A stretch of DNA of 15,854 nucleotides, taken from contig JAXGJB010000048.1 of NCBI GenBank assembly GCA_040770465.1, positions 1-15,854 on the forward strand. Reading direction: 5' to 3'. Numbering within the stretch: position 1 is the first letter of the stretch; each line of letters begins with the position of its first letter. Source of the stretch: Methanothrix sp. (lineage in GTDB: Archaea; Halobacteriota; Methanosarcinia; Methanotrichales; Methanotrichaceae). Positions 1 to 7,904 of this stretch are shown piece by piece. Made by a program: the position numbers and the translations under genes. The notes under the pieces are model-generated. The model searched no databases, was not told the DNA's origin, and saw nothing but the letters and a program-made list of their open reading frames with translations.

Positions 1-1317
1 GAGAGCGCGCGCCTCCTCCTCGCCTTGGCCGAGAAGGCCGGAGCCGAGGAGGCCGAGGTGTTCGGCCTTGAGGCACGATCCGTCGACGTCGACCTCCGGA
101 AAGACAAAGTTGAGATGGCGAGCGAGAGCCGGTCTCGCGGCCTCGGCCTCAGAGCCGTTTTGAGGGGGGCGGTCGGCTTCTCGTCCACCAGCGATCTCTC
201 GAAACTGGAGATGGTGGCCGAGAGCGCCGTCAGGGCCGCCCGGGCCCGAGGGCCCGACGACAAGTGGCATTCCCTCCCCTCGCCGGCAAAGCCGGCATCG
301 CCCGGCGGAGTCTTCGACCCGATCGTGGCGGAGATGGGGCCGGAGGACTGCCTCGACCTCGCGACGACCCTAATCGATGGCGCGAAGTCGATCGCAGGCA
401 CAGAGCCGGTCTCCGGAGGCGTCTCCGTCATCTCCGGCTCGGAGCTTCTGGCAAACTCGAACGGCCTGGAGCTCGACGAGCGGGGGACGATCTTCTCTGC
501 CTACATCGAGACGGTGGCGAGGGGCGAGGACGGCACCGTGGCTACAGGCTATGATTTTGCGAACTCCAGGTCGGCTATCGCCGACCTCGGTGACGTGGGA
601 AGGTCCGCATCCGACCTCGCGCGAAGGTCGCTCGGCGGCGGCCGTGCCGAGAGCGGGGTGGCCGAGGTCCTCCTGGGGCCGATAGCCTTCGCCGACATCC
701 TGGACAACGCCTTCATCCCCTCGACATTCGGAGACCTCGTCCAGAAGGGGAGGTCCAGCCTGGCGGGGAAGATCGGCGAGGTCGTCGCTATAGAGAGCTT
801 GAAGATCATCGACGACGGCCTCCTTTTCGGCGGGATGGCATCCTCCAGCTTCGACGGTGAGGGCGTTCCCTCCCAGAGGACGACCCTGGTGGAGAAAGGC
901 ATCCTCAAGGCTTACCTTTACGATTCCTACGCCGCCGGCAAAGAGGCGGAGGAGACGAAGAGCACCGGGAACGCCGACCGGCCGGGGTACGCAGGGATCC
1001 CGAGGATCGGGACGACGAACGTCGTCGCCACATCAGCCGACCCCTCGAACGTCCTGGCGGAGACGGATCGGGGTTACCTCGTCACCGGCGTCATCGGCGC
1101 TCATACCGCAAACCCCGTCTCCGGCGACTTCTCGGTGGAGGCGAGGAACGTCTTCGTCGTCGAAGACGGCACGGCCCTAAAACCGATCCGGTCCCTGATG
1201 CTGGCGGGAAACGTCTTCGACCTCCTCTCGTCGATCAGGGTCGGGACGGACGCGCGGATGGTCGGGTCGTATGTGGTCCCCACCGTCAAGGCGGAGATGA
1301 AGGTCGTCGGGAGCTGA
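1..1317 (+). CDS. pmbA: TldD/PmbA family protein, PmbA/TldE-type subunit (5' partial)
   Basis: Frame is open from base 1 (ESARLLLALAEKAGAEEAEV), so the true start is upstream of the window. Typical motifs GLGLRA..GAVGFS, FDGEGVP, STGNA, HTANPVSGDFS, MLAGNVFDLL. No HExxxH zinc motif, consistent with PmbA rather than TldD. Confidence 0.9.
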   Translation, partial: ESARLLLALAEKAGAEEAEVFGLEARSVDVDLRKDKVEMASESRSRGLGLRAVLRGAVGFSSTSDLSKLEMVAESAVRAARARGPDDKWHSLPSPAKPASPGGVFDPIVAEMGPEDCLDLATTLIDGAKSIAGTEPVSGGVSVISGSELLANSNGLELDERGTIFSAYIETVARGEDGTVATGYDFANSRSAIADLGDVGRSASDLARRSLGGGRAESGVAEVLLGPIAFADILDNAFIPSTFGDLVQKGRSSLAGKIGEVVAIESLKIIDDGLLFGGMASSSFDGEGVPSQRTTLVEKGILKAYLYDSYAAGKEAEETKSTGNADRPGYAGIPRIGTTNVVATSADPSNVLAETDRGYLVTGVIGAHTANPVSGDFSVEARNVFVVEDGTALKPIRSLMLAGNVFDLLSSIRVGTDARMVGSYVVPTVKAEMKVVGS

Positions 1318-1371
1318 TGGGAGGAGATCGGCCGAGAGAGAACGGCCGAGGCCGACGCCGACATCAGAGAT

Positions 1372-1412
1372 ATCAGATATCTGATCACGCATAATCACGC
1401 AAATCACGCAAA
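1372..1412. repeat. Perfect 14-bp palindrome followed by three ATCACGCA direct repeats
   Basis: ATCAGATATCTGAT at 1372-1385 is its own reverse complement. ATCACGCA occurs at 1384, 1394 and 1403, in the AT-rich spacer just upstream of prs. Confidence 0.8.
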
Positions 1413-1439
1413 TAAAACTCAACTCAGGTACAGGGGCGA

Positions 1440-2300
1440 TTGTTGATGATCATCGGTGGACCATCCTCCCAGCTTCTGGGGGGCAGGGTTGCTTCAATTC
1501 TCAAAGAAGATCTGGCTTTGTGCGAGTACAGCAGTTTTCCCGACGGTGAGGCTTATACTCAGGTCTGCTCCGACCTCGACGAGAGGATCGTCGTCGTCCA
1601 GAGCACGCCGTCGGACCGGGACATAATCCAGCTCCTCCAGCTTCTGGACGTCTGTCGGGGCAGGAAGATCGACCTCGTCATCCCCTACTTCGGGTACGCC
1701 CGGCAGGATAAGCAGTTCAAGCCCGGCGAGCCCCTATCCGCAAGGGCGATGGCCGTGGCCGTAGACGCCTTCCTCGCGGAGGACTCCCGGATCTTCACCA
1801 TCAACATCCACGACCGGTCGGTCCTCAACAACTTCAGCCACCAGGCCACGGACCTCGACGCGACCCCCCTTCTTGCCGACGAGATCGGGAAGATGGGCCT
1901 CGACGACCCGGTGATCATATCCCCCGACAAGGGGGCGGTCCGGATGGCGAAGGCCGCCGCCGAGAGGCTGGGGGTCCCCTACGACTACCTGGAGAAGACG
2001 AGGCACAGCGGGACCGAGGTCTCGATGGCCCCAAAGGAGATCGACGCCTCGGGGCGAGACGTTGTCATCCTCGACGACATGATCGCCACCGGCGGAACGA
2101 TGGCCCAGGCGATATCGATCCTCAAGTCGAAGGGGGCGAAGAGGGTCTACCTCGGCTCGGTCCATCCGGTCCTGACGGGGAGCGCCGTCCTGAAGCTCTG
2201 CCGGGCGGGGGTCGAGTCGATCATCGCGACCGACACCCTGGAGAAGGCGGTCAGTACCGTCTCGGCGGCGGGGCTCGTCGCCGAGGCCCTCCGGCGATAG
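1440..2300 (+). CDS. prs: Ribose-phosphate pyrophosphokinase (archaeal PRPP synthase)
   Basis: Motifs FPDGE, IPYFGYARQDK, ISPDKGA and the PRPP-binding loop VILDDMIATGGT. The start may be ATG 1446 (MIIGG). Confidence 0.96.
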   Translation: MLMIIGGPSSQLLGGRVASILKEDLALCEYSSFPDGEAYTQVCSDLDERIVVVQSTPSDRDIIQLLQLLDVCRGRKIDLVIPYFGYARQDKQFKPGEPLSARAMAVAVDAFLAEDSRIFTINIHDRSVLNNFSHQATDLDATPLLADEIGKMGLDDPVIISPDKGAVRMAKAAAERLGVPYDYLEKTRHSGTEVSMAPKEIDASGRDVVILDDMIATGGTMAQAISILKSKGAKRVYLGSVHPVLTGSAVLKLCRAGVESIIATDTLEKAVSTVSAAGLVAEALRR

Positions 2301-2441
2301 AGACGTTCTTCCTGTTTACCAGTAAATCTCGCTGGAAAACATGTGTTCCGATATCTGCGTAAAACGGAACCTTCGACCAGAGGGTGACATAAATAATCTA
2401 GTCTTCCTCAAACCCAGCGTTTATGGAGAAAAGAGTTAGAA

Positions 2442-2548
2442 GCGGGGGTACAGAGGACGGATCGTAGGTCTCTCTCAACGACCTCCAGGCCCAGCTCGGC
2501 CACATCGACCTGGAGACAACCTCGTTTTATCTCAAGGCAGACATCACC
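2442..2548 (+). pseudogene. Tyrosine recombinase/integrase C-terminal remnant (left copy)
   Basis: From 2468 reads VSLNDLQAQLGHIDLETTSFYLKADI, containing the box II LGH..T..Y motif. An upstream out-of-frame AGVQR (2442-2456) matches the same segment in the 5539-5860 copy. The HxxR part is deleted and there is no start codon. Confidence 0.8.
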
Positions 2549-2678
2549 ACGCAATCGAAAAACACTCACAGCTTTGATCAACATATATTAATGATAATCC
2601 TAAATACCTCCCATTATTGAGGTCTGGTTTGTGGTTCAATGTGAAAATATGTAAGTTTTCCACGACTATTTTGAAATC

Positions 2679-3410
2679 TCACTCGAACCTCTTTCGGAGC
2701 ATCCTCGTCGCCGGAAGAAGGAACAGCACCAAAAATACCGTAAGGATGAGAAACTCCTTAAATGAGGAGGATGGGGCAGCAGAGAAAGCGGCTCGAAGCC
2801 CTTCCACAGTGTAGGTGAGGGGCAGAATCTGGCTTAGGCGCTGGAGACCCGATGGCATGGCCGATATCGGATAGACGACGCCGCAGAGGAAGACCATCAA
2901 GAACCTTGGCAGGTTGAGGAAGGCCTGGGCCTCGAAGACCTCCTTGACGAGGACGCTGAAGAGGGCTCCCATCGAGGAGAAGACCAGAAGAGATACCAGA
3001 GTCATTGGGATCAGAGCTCTGAGGTCGGGACGAAGGTTCAGGCTCAGGGCAGTCGCCAGCGTCACCACCGAGGTCATCAATAGGCCGAAGAAGAAACCAC
3101 CCATAACTTTTCCCAGGAGGACGGAGTCGGTGCTCACCGGCGCCAATAGCAGCCTCTCAAGAGAGCCGAGCCTCAGCTCGAAGTTTATGACCACCGCCTC
3201 GGCTGCCGTCGTGCTGAAAAGGATCGTCATGGCGATCAGACCAGGGATGAGATCGCCAAAATTGCTGGGGTTTCTCAGGTAAAAGGCCATGGTCCAGGCC
3301 ACGGGAAAGACCATGCCCCAACTGATGGCCGGAGGCTTGAGGTAATAGGTTCTCATGTCCTTTGCAGCGATATGGTATATACACCGCAGATCGTCCCGCC
3401 ACATCCTCAC
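2679..3410 (-). CDS. ABC-2 type transporter permease (exporter)
   Basis: 243 aa with multiple hydrophobic segments and the ABC-2 motifs GSLERLLLAP, CGVVYPISAMP and PLTYTVEGLR. The GTG start overlaps the ATPase stop (GTGA). Confidence 0.92.
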   Translation of the reverse strand: MRMWRDDLRCIYHIAAKDMRTYYLKPPAISWGMVFPVAWTMAFYLRNPSNFGDLIPGLIAMTILFSTTAAEAVVINFELRLGSLERLLLAPVSTDSVLLGKVMGGFFFGLLMTSVVTLATALSLNLRPDLRALIPMTLVSLLVFSSMGALFSVLVKEVFEAQAFLNLPRFLMVFLCGVVYPISAMPSGLQRLSQILPLTYTVEGLRAAFSAAPSSSFKEFLILTVFLVLFLLPATRMLRKRFE

Positions 3411-4369
3411 TTGCCCCCCTTCTCTATTGCCATCACCATCGGGCTCAGCCCCGTTATCTTGACGAAGGCGTCCTCAAGACTCGGCTTAATGCTGTTTATC
3501 GCCTTCAAACTCAGATCGTGATCCTTAGAGAACTCAAATACATCCTCCAGAACCCGAGAAGGATCGCCACCATAGATCTTCACTCGCATATCGTCAGTCG
3601 AGACAACCTCAGTTCCAGGGAGCCGCGCCGATAAATCTCCCACAAGACCAGATATCGCACGCCCAAAGGATACTTCGATGACGGATCCCTCGTCTACATG
3701 CCTCTTCAACCCTTGAGGCGTATCGATCTTGACGACTCTGCCCTTCACCATGACGGCTATCCGATCGCATAGCAGGTCCGCCTCCTCCAGATAATGAGTT
3801 GTCAGGATTATGGTCAGACCTCTATGACGAAGATCGATGATGAGATTTCGAAGGGATCGAGCCGCTACCACGTCCAATCCCACGGTCGGTTCATCCAAGA
3901 ATAGGACCTTTGGACCATGTACCAGAGCCGCAGCGATTGTCAGGGCGCGCTTCATCCCACGGGAGAAGGTCCCGAAACTGTTGTCTCTTCTTTCGTAAAG
4001 ACCAAAGGCCTTCAGGAGTTCATCGGACTTTTTCTCCCGGACATCCTTTGGGATTCCGTAGAGCTTGGCCATGAAAAGTAGGTTGTCCCTGGCGGAGAGT
4101 TCATCGTAAAGGTTGGAGCTGTCGGGAACCACCCCGATACCCCTTTTAGCCTCGGTGATGCTGGATAAGAGATCGAAACCGAGGATTTTGACCTTTCCCG
4201 CTGTTGGTCGGGATAGGCCGACCAGCATCCTAATGGTGGTGGTTTTGCCTGAGCCATTGGGGCCGAGAAGGCCGAATACTTCACCTTCTTCCACCTCAAA
4301 GCTGATGCTATCGACGGCTGTAAAATTGTCAAACCGCTTTGTCAAACCCTGGACTTCGATGGCGTTCAT
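3407..4369 (-). CDS. ABC transporter ATP-binding protein (DrrA/NodI-like multidrug exporter ATPase)
   Basis: Walker A GPNGSGKTT, signature FSRGMKR, Walker B LFLDEPT, H-loop TTHYLEEA, C-terminal SLEDAFV. ATG 4369 is preferred over GTG 4375 because it forms an ATGA overlap with the upstream remnant. Confidence 0.93.
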   Translation of the reverse strand: MNAIEVQGLTKRFDNFTAVDSISFEVEEGEVFGLLGPNGSGKTTTIRMLVGLSRPTAGKVKILGFDLLSSITEAKRGIGVVPDSSNLYDELSARDNLLFMAKLYGIPKDVREKKSDELLKAFGLYERRDNSFGTFSRGMKRALTIAAALVHGPKVLFLDEPTVGLDVVAARSLRNLIIDLRHRGLTIILTTHYLEEADLLCDRIAVMVKGRVVKIDTPQGLKRHVDEGSVIEVSFGRAISGLVGDLSARLPGTEVVSTDDMRVKIYGGDPSRVLEDVFEFSKDHDLSLKAINSIKPSLEDAFVKITGLSPMVMAIEKGGK

Positions 4370-4498
4370 GTCCACTCCGAGATCTCCGCAAGAATCTTCT
4401 TCGACCCCTTCCAGCTCGCTATTCAGCGAGTCCCTTTACTTTTCCAGCATCGATATCCGCTCCTCCCGACTCGGTAGGGGGCGTCCACAGCAGCAGGT
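4366..4498 (-). pseudogene. Remnant of a small Cys-rich/coiled-coil protein (DUF5320-like)
   Basis: Reads TCCCGRPLPSREERISMLEK*RDSLNSELEGVE with an in-frame TAA at 4436-4438. After a 1-nt shift it continues KILAEISEWT*, whose TGA overlaps the ATPase ATG. The N-terminus is missing. Confidence 0.6.
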
Positions 4499-4632
4499 CT
4501 CTCGACCGCCAGAAGCTCGCCTGAGCTGCCCTTGTAGATGACATCTGGGCATTCTATCGTCTCTAAGACGTCAGAGTAAAAACCGGCCATCTCAGAAATG
4601 GGTACGCTGTTCTTCGATAAGGCGGTCTCCAC
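4499..4632 (-). pseudogene. N-terminal remnant of a small BECR/RelE-like (PBECR2-type) nuclease or toxin
   Basis: METALSKNSVPI/SEMAGFYSDVLETIECPDVIYKGSSGELLAVER resembles, from memory, the family SKNGVPIRLTxERWxHIxxxHxEMAGYxxEVLETVExPDxIxxGxxGELxA. The RLTxERWxHI segment and the C-terminal half are absent. Confidence 0.5.
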
Positions 4633-4700
4633 GAAACGCTTCCTTTGCTTGCTTTGGATCTTTGAGGGCCTAATTCAATATGCCGGTTCTACATCCCATG

Positions 4701-4720
4701 AGGTTTATATTTATATGTTA
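4701..4720 (+). promoter_or_regulatory. Archaeal TATA-box-like element upstream of modA
   Basis: TTTATATTTATA at 4704-4715, about 25-35 nt before ATG 4741, which fits a leaderless or short-leader transcript. Confidence 0.55.
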
Positions 4721-4740
4721 GGTTTACATCATCCCGCCCT

Positions 4741-5511
4741 ATGAATCGCAGAGCTTTGTCCTTGATGATCGGATTAATCCTGGCGGCGAGCCTTGTCATA
4801 TCGGAGTGCGCAGCCGAGGACTCACTACTCGTTTATTGCGCCGCTGGTATGAGTGAGCCGATGGAGGCGATCGCTGATCTCTTCGAGGAGCAGGAAGGTG
4901 TCCAGATCCAATACACTTTCGGAGGGGCTGCCTATCTCCTATCTCAGATCGAGCTGTACCAGACTGGCGACCTCTACATGCCCGGAGCACGACCTTACAT
5001 CGACTCGGCGATCGAGAAGGGCTTCATCAACGAAACTGCAAATGTCGTCTATCACGTCCCTTGCATCATCACACCGAAGGGAAATCCTGCTGGGATTGAG
5101 TCCCTTGAGGATCTCGCAGAGCCCGGCGTGAGGGTCGCTCTCGGTGATACCACGGCCATACCTATCGGAAAGGTCGCGAAGAGCATGATGGAAAACTTGG
5201 GCATATGGGATGAGGTAGAAAAGAATGTCGTCGTCCTCTCTGTAACTGTAAACGAGCTGTTGGTCTACATCTCCCTTGGGCAGGCAGATGCGGCCATCGT
5301 CTGGGAAGATCTATTTGACCCTGAGACGATGGAGAAGGTCGAGATACCCCAGGAGATTAACGAAATTGAAGTCGTTCCCATCGGGAAGCTCGTCTTCTCC
5401 GAGAATATGGAGAGTGCTGAGAAGTTCATGAACTTCGTCGCGTCGGAGGAGGGCAAGGCGGTCTTTGCAGATCATGGATTCACCACATATCCCGACCCTG
5501 AGTACGAGTGA
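4741..5511 (+). CDS. modA: Molybdate/tungstate ABC transporter substrate-binding protein
   Basis: Signal peptide, then LLVYCAAGM, FGGAAYLLSQI, GDLYMPG, PKGNPAGI..LEDLA.PG..VALGD, PIGK and ADAAIVW, the archaeal ModA pattern. Confidence 0.9.
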   Translation: MNRRALSLMIGLILAASLVISECAAEDSLLVYCAAGMSEPMEAIADLFEEQEGVQIQYTFGGAAYLLSQIELYQTGDLYMPGARPYIDSAIEKGFINETANVVYHVPCIITPKGNPAGIESLEDLAEPGVRVALGDTTAIPIGKVAKSMMENLGIWDEVEKNVVVLSVTVNELLVYISLGQADAAIVWEDLFDPETMEKVEIPQEINEIEVVPIGKLVFSENMESAEKFMNFVASEEGKAVFADHGFTTYPDPEYE

Positions 5512-5538
5512 TTAAGCTGAAGCTATCTCAAAAGTCCT

Positions 5539-5860
5539 TTAAATCTCGAACCCAACGTAGCTCTTTCGCCTGTGGTTGATATCAGCCTTCAGATAGATTG
5601 AAGTTGTCTTCAAGTCGGTGTGGCCGAGCTGCTACTGTAGGTCATTCAATTGAACGCCGCTATCCAAAGCGGCGACGGCATGCAAGTGCCTCATCGTATG
5701 CGGACTGGCGATGTTCAGCGTCTTGCCCGCTTTGGATGTGGCATGAGGTCTCTGCACTCCCGCTTGTCTCGCCGCCTTGTCGATCACCATTCGTATCCAC
5801 CGCTGCGAGATGTGCTTGCTGGGATCGCGACCTGGAAACAGCCTGACCGAACCTTCGGCC
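5539..5860 (-). pseudogene. Tyrosine recombinase/integrase C-terminal remnant (right copy)
   Basis: Reads RLFPGRDPSKHISQRWIRMVIDKAARQAGVQRPHATSKAGKTLNIASPHTMRHLHAVAALDSGVQLNDLQ*QLGHTDLKTTSIYLKADINHRRKSYVGFEI*. Contains HxxR, LGH and the catalytic Tyr. In-frame TAG at 5632-5634; the N-terminal half is absent (in-frame TGA at 5872-5874). Confidence 0.9.
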
Positions 5861-5890
5861 AGGCTCCCGATTCACCTCTACCCCTCCAGC

Positions 5891-6949
5891 TCAGGGATAA
5901 GCGTACGCACCCTCGAGATCCAGGTCGAAGAACCTTCTGATCATATCCTGGTGAACTTCTTCGGGGTCGACATCCTCGAAGAGCTGGGGATGAAACCACT
6001 TGGCGAGGTAGAGCTCCCCGATTATCGATCGCAAACCGCTATTGGCCTTGCTGTTCAGGACGTGAACCCTCCCGTCCCTGACGGCTTTGACGTTGGCGAG
6101 CTCCGGCCGGGATAGGATCTCGTCCCTCACAGCCTCCAGCTCCTCTTCGGTAGACGTCTCCCCGGTGGTGGACCAGGCGAGCTTCACGATGACGTCGGGG
6201 TCGCATTCGACCACCCATTCCGGGCTCACCGTCGGGTACTCGATCTCCTCATCGCCTGCGATGTTGTCGCCGCCAGCGAAGACCACCAGGTTGTGGGACG
6301 AGGTGCCGGCTGACGCCGTATGGTAGACCCACTCCCGCTCCAAAAAGACGTCGGGCCTCTCGTCGGGACCCAGCTCCGAGACGTTGTCCTCGATGATCCT
6401 CTGGTAACCCTCAAGAAAATCGACGAGATCCGCTGCTCGCTCCTCCTCGTCGAGGATCGTCCCCAGCTGTCCCGCGACCTCGATGACCCTCGGCGGGTCT
6501 ACGAAGCTCTCTTCGAGAACCGGTATCCCGGCGTTCTCAAGGCTCGCTCTCGCATCGTCTTTGAGCATGGTGTCGGCTATCACCAGGTCCGGGTCCTGCT
6601 CGACTATCAGCTCCAGGTCGGGCGAGAGGGAGCTTTTGCCCATGACCGCCACCTCCGTGAGGCTTGGCGGGAAGAGGGAGCTCTCGCCCCGGCCGACGAT
6701 CCTGTCGCCTGCGCCCAGAGCGCAAATGATCTCCGAGCCCGATGAGCTGAGGCTGACGATCTTCTCCACGGGCTTGTCAATGGTCACTGACCTGCCGGTA
6801 TAATCGGTAACGTTGACGGTGACGGCGACCTCCTGGCCGAAGGCCGGCGGGGAGAGGGCCGCGATGCAGATGAAGATGGATAGGCAGATCGATAGACCGA
6901 TGAGGGCTCCTCCCGATCCGTTTGGGTTATGGCACCTTTTCAATTTCAA
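5891..6949 (-). CDS. ABC transporter substrate-binding protein, cobalamin/Fe3+-siderophore (BtuF/TroA-like helical backbone) family
   Basis: Signal peptide and motifs VTDYTGRSVTI..PVEKIVSL, E.ICALGAGDRIVG, PDLELIV..DPDLVI, AGGDNIA, VSPEWVV..DPDVIV, VKAVRDGRVH and AKWFHPQLF. The exact start is uncertain (TTG). Confidence 0.9.
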   Translation of the reverse strand: MKLKRCHNPNGSGGALIGLSICLSIFICIAALSPPAFGQEVAVTVNVTDYTGRSVTIDKPVEKIVSLSSSGSEIICALGAGDRIVGRGESSLFPPSLTEVAVMGKSSLSPDLELIVEQDPDLVIADTMLKDDARASLENAGIPVLEESFVDPPRVIEVAGQLGTILDEEERAADLVDFLEGYQRIIEDNVSELGPDERPDVFLEREWVYHTASAGTSSHNLVVFAGGDNIAGDEEIEYPTVSPEWVVECDPDVIVKLAWSTTGETSTEEELEAVRDEILSRPELANVKAVRDGRVHVLNSKANSGLRSIIGELYLAKWFHPQLFEDVDPEEVHQDMIRRFFDLDLEGAYAYP

Positions 6950-7030
6950 GCGAACACCTTATGAAGTTAAGTTTCTTTAAGTTAAAGTAAAACATATTGT
7001 CTAATAAGGCTTTCGGCTGCGAAGAATCTT

Positions 7031-7082
7031 GGGATTCGATCATGTGGTTCGATCATGTGATTCGATCATGGGATTGAATCCG
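7031..7082. repeat. 13-bp tandem repeat, three copies plus one degenerate
   Basis: GGGATTCGATCAT / GTGGTTCGATCAT / GTGATTCGATCAT / GGGATTGAATCCG in the divergent intergenic region. Confidence 0.85.
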
Positions 7083-7208
7083 GGACGCGACTCCCGGAGT
7101 CGATATTATTCCAGGGGAAAGAGTAAAATCCCCACCCTTCATCGCATTCTGCTGTAAGGGCCGGTCGATGGGGATATGTCCGATCGGACCTGTGGCGGTG
7201 GGTGAGGT

Positions 7209-7739
7209 TTGAACTACGACGAGCACGTTCTGGCGGGGATTTTGACCTACCCGATAGCCGTTTTGATATTATCGACCCTCGACATCCACCTCGGCCTGCC
7301 CATCGATACCACCTTCATGTCCATGGCCCTCGGCTACGCCTTCTACGTCCTCGGCTCCGACCTGCCGGACATGGACCATCCAGAAGCCCTGATCCACAGG
7401 ACGACTAAGCCCCTCGTCTCGGTGGCGGTTGGGATCTCCGCCTTCAAGAACCTGGGGCTGGACCTGCACTTAGTCTCCGACCCCGTCGTTAACCTCGCGC
7501 TGGCATGGTTTATTGGGGCCCTTGCGGCCGTAGTCGCCTGGAACCTCTTCCGGTTGCTGATGCCCGAACATCGGGGTGTCGTCCACTCGTCGGTCTTCGC
7601 CGCCGTCTACGCCCTCGTCACCTTCGCCATCGTCCGGTTCGGCTTCGTGGCGCCCCCTGGGGAGGCGCTCTTCATCGCCCTCGCCTCCTTCTTGGGCTAC
7701 AACCTCCACCTCCTCCTGGACAGGGGCCGGGGTTTCTGA
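7209..7739 (+). CDS. Membrane-bound metal-dependent hydrolase (YdjM-like)
   Basis: N-terminal His (EH), GSDLPDMDHP, HRGVVHS and terminal HLLLD, separated by hydrophobic segments. A GGTGAGG RBS precedes the TTG. Confidence 0.88.
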   Translation: MNYDEHVLAGILTYPIAVLILSTLDIHLGLPIDTTFMSMALGYAFYVLGSDLPDMDHPEALIHRTTKPLVSVAVGISAFKNLGLDLHLVSDPVVNLALAWFIGALAAVVAWNLFRLLMPEHRGVVHSSVFAAVYALVTFAIVRFGFVAPPGEALFIALASFLGYNLHLLLDRGRGF

Positions 7740-7904
7740 GATGATCAAGCCCCCGAGACTTTTCAGCCTCGACGCCGAAACGTCTTCGTCCCGCCCAGGC
7801 CCGGTTTGGCCCATCCTGTCGAGGTCTGGAGAGGGCCTGAAGTGCCGGGCCCAGATGGTCTGGAAAAGTAGATATGATTACCCTTCGAATATATCCTGAG
7901 AATC

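Noticed and set aside
2620-5538. Integron-style cassette array with attC-like repeats
   Set aside because: No recurring repeat or hairpin was found between the cargo genes, and their orientations are mixed.
5632-5634. In-frame TAG in the integrase relic as a pyrrolysine or readthrough codon
   Set aside because: The gene also lacks its N-terminal half and start codon, the paralogous copy has Ala here, and no pyl genes are in view. A plain nonsense mutation is simpler.
5598-5999. Short ORFs listed in the track over the modA/BtuF-like intergenic region
   Set aside because: They are alternative frames of the integrase relic. The meaningful frame is interrupted and lacks a start.
7031-7082. Mini-CRISPR array
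   Set aside because: Units are 13 bp, directly adjacent, with no unique spacers and no cas genes nearby.
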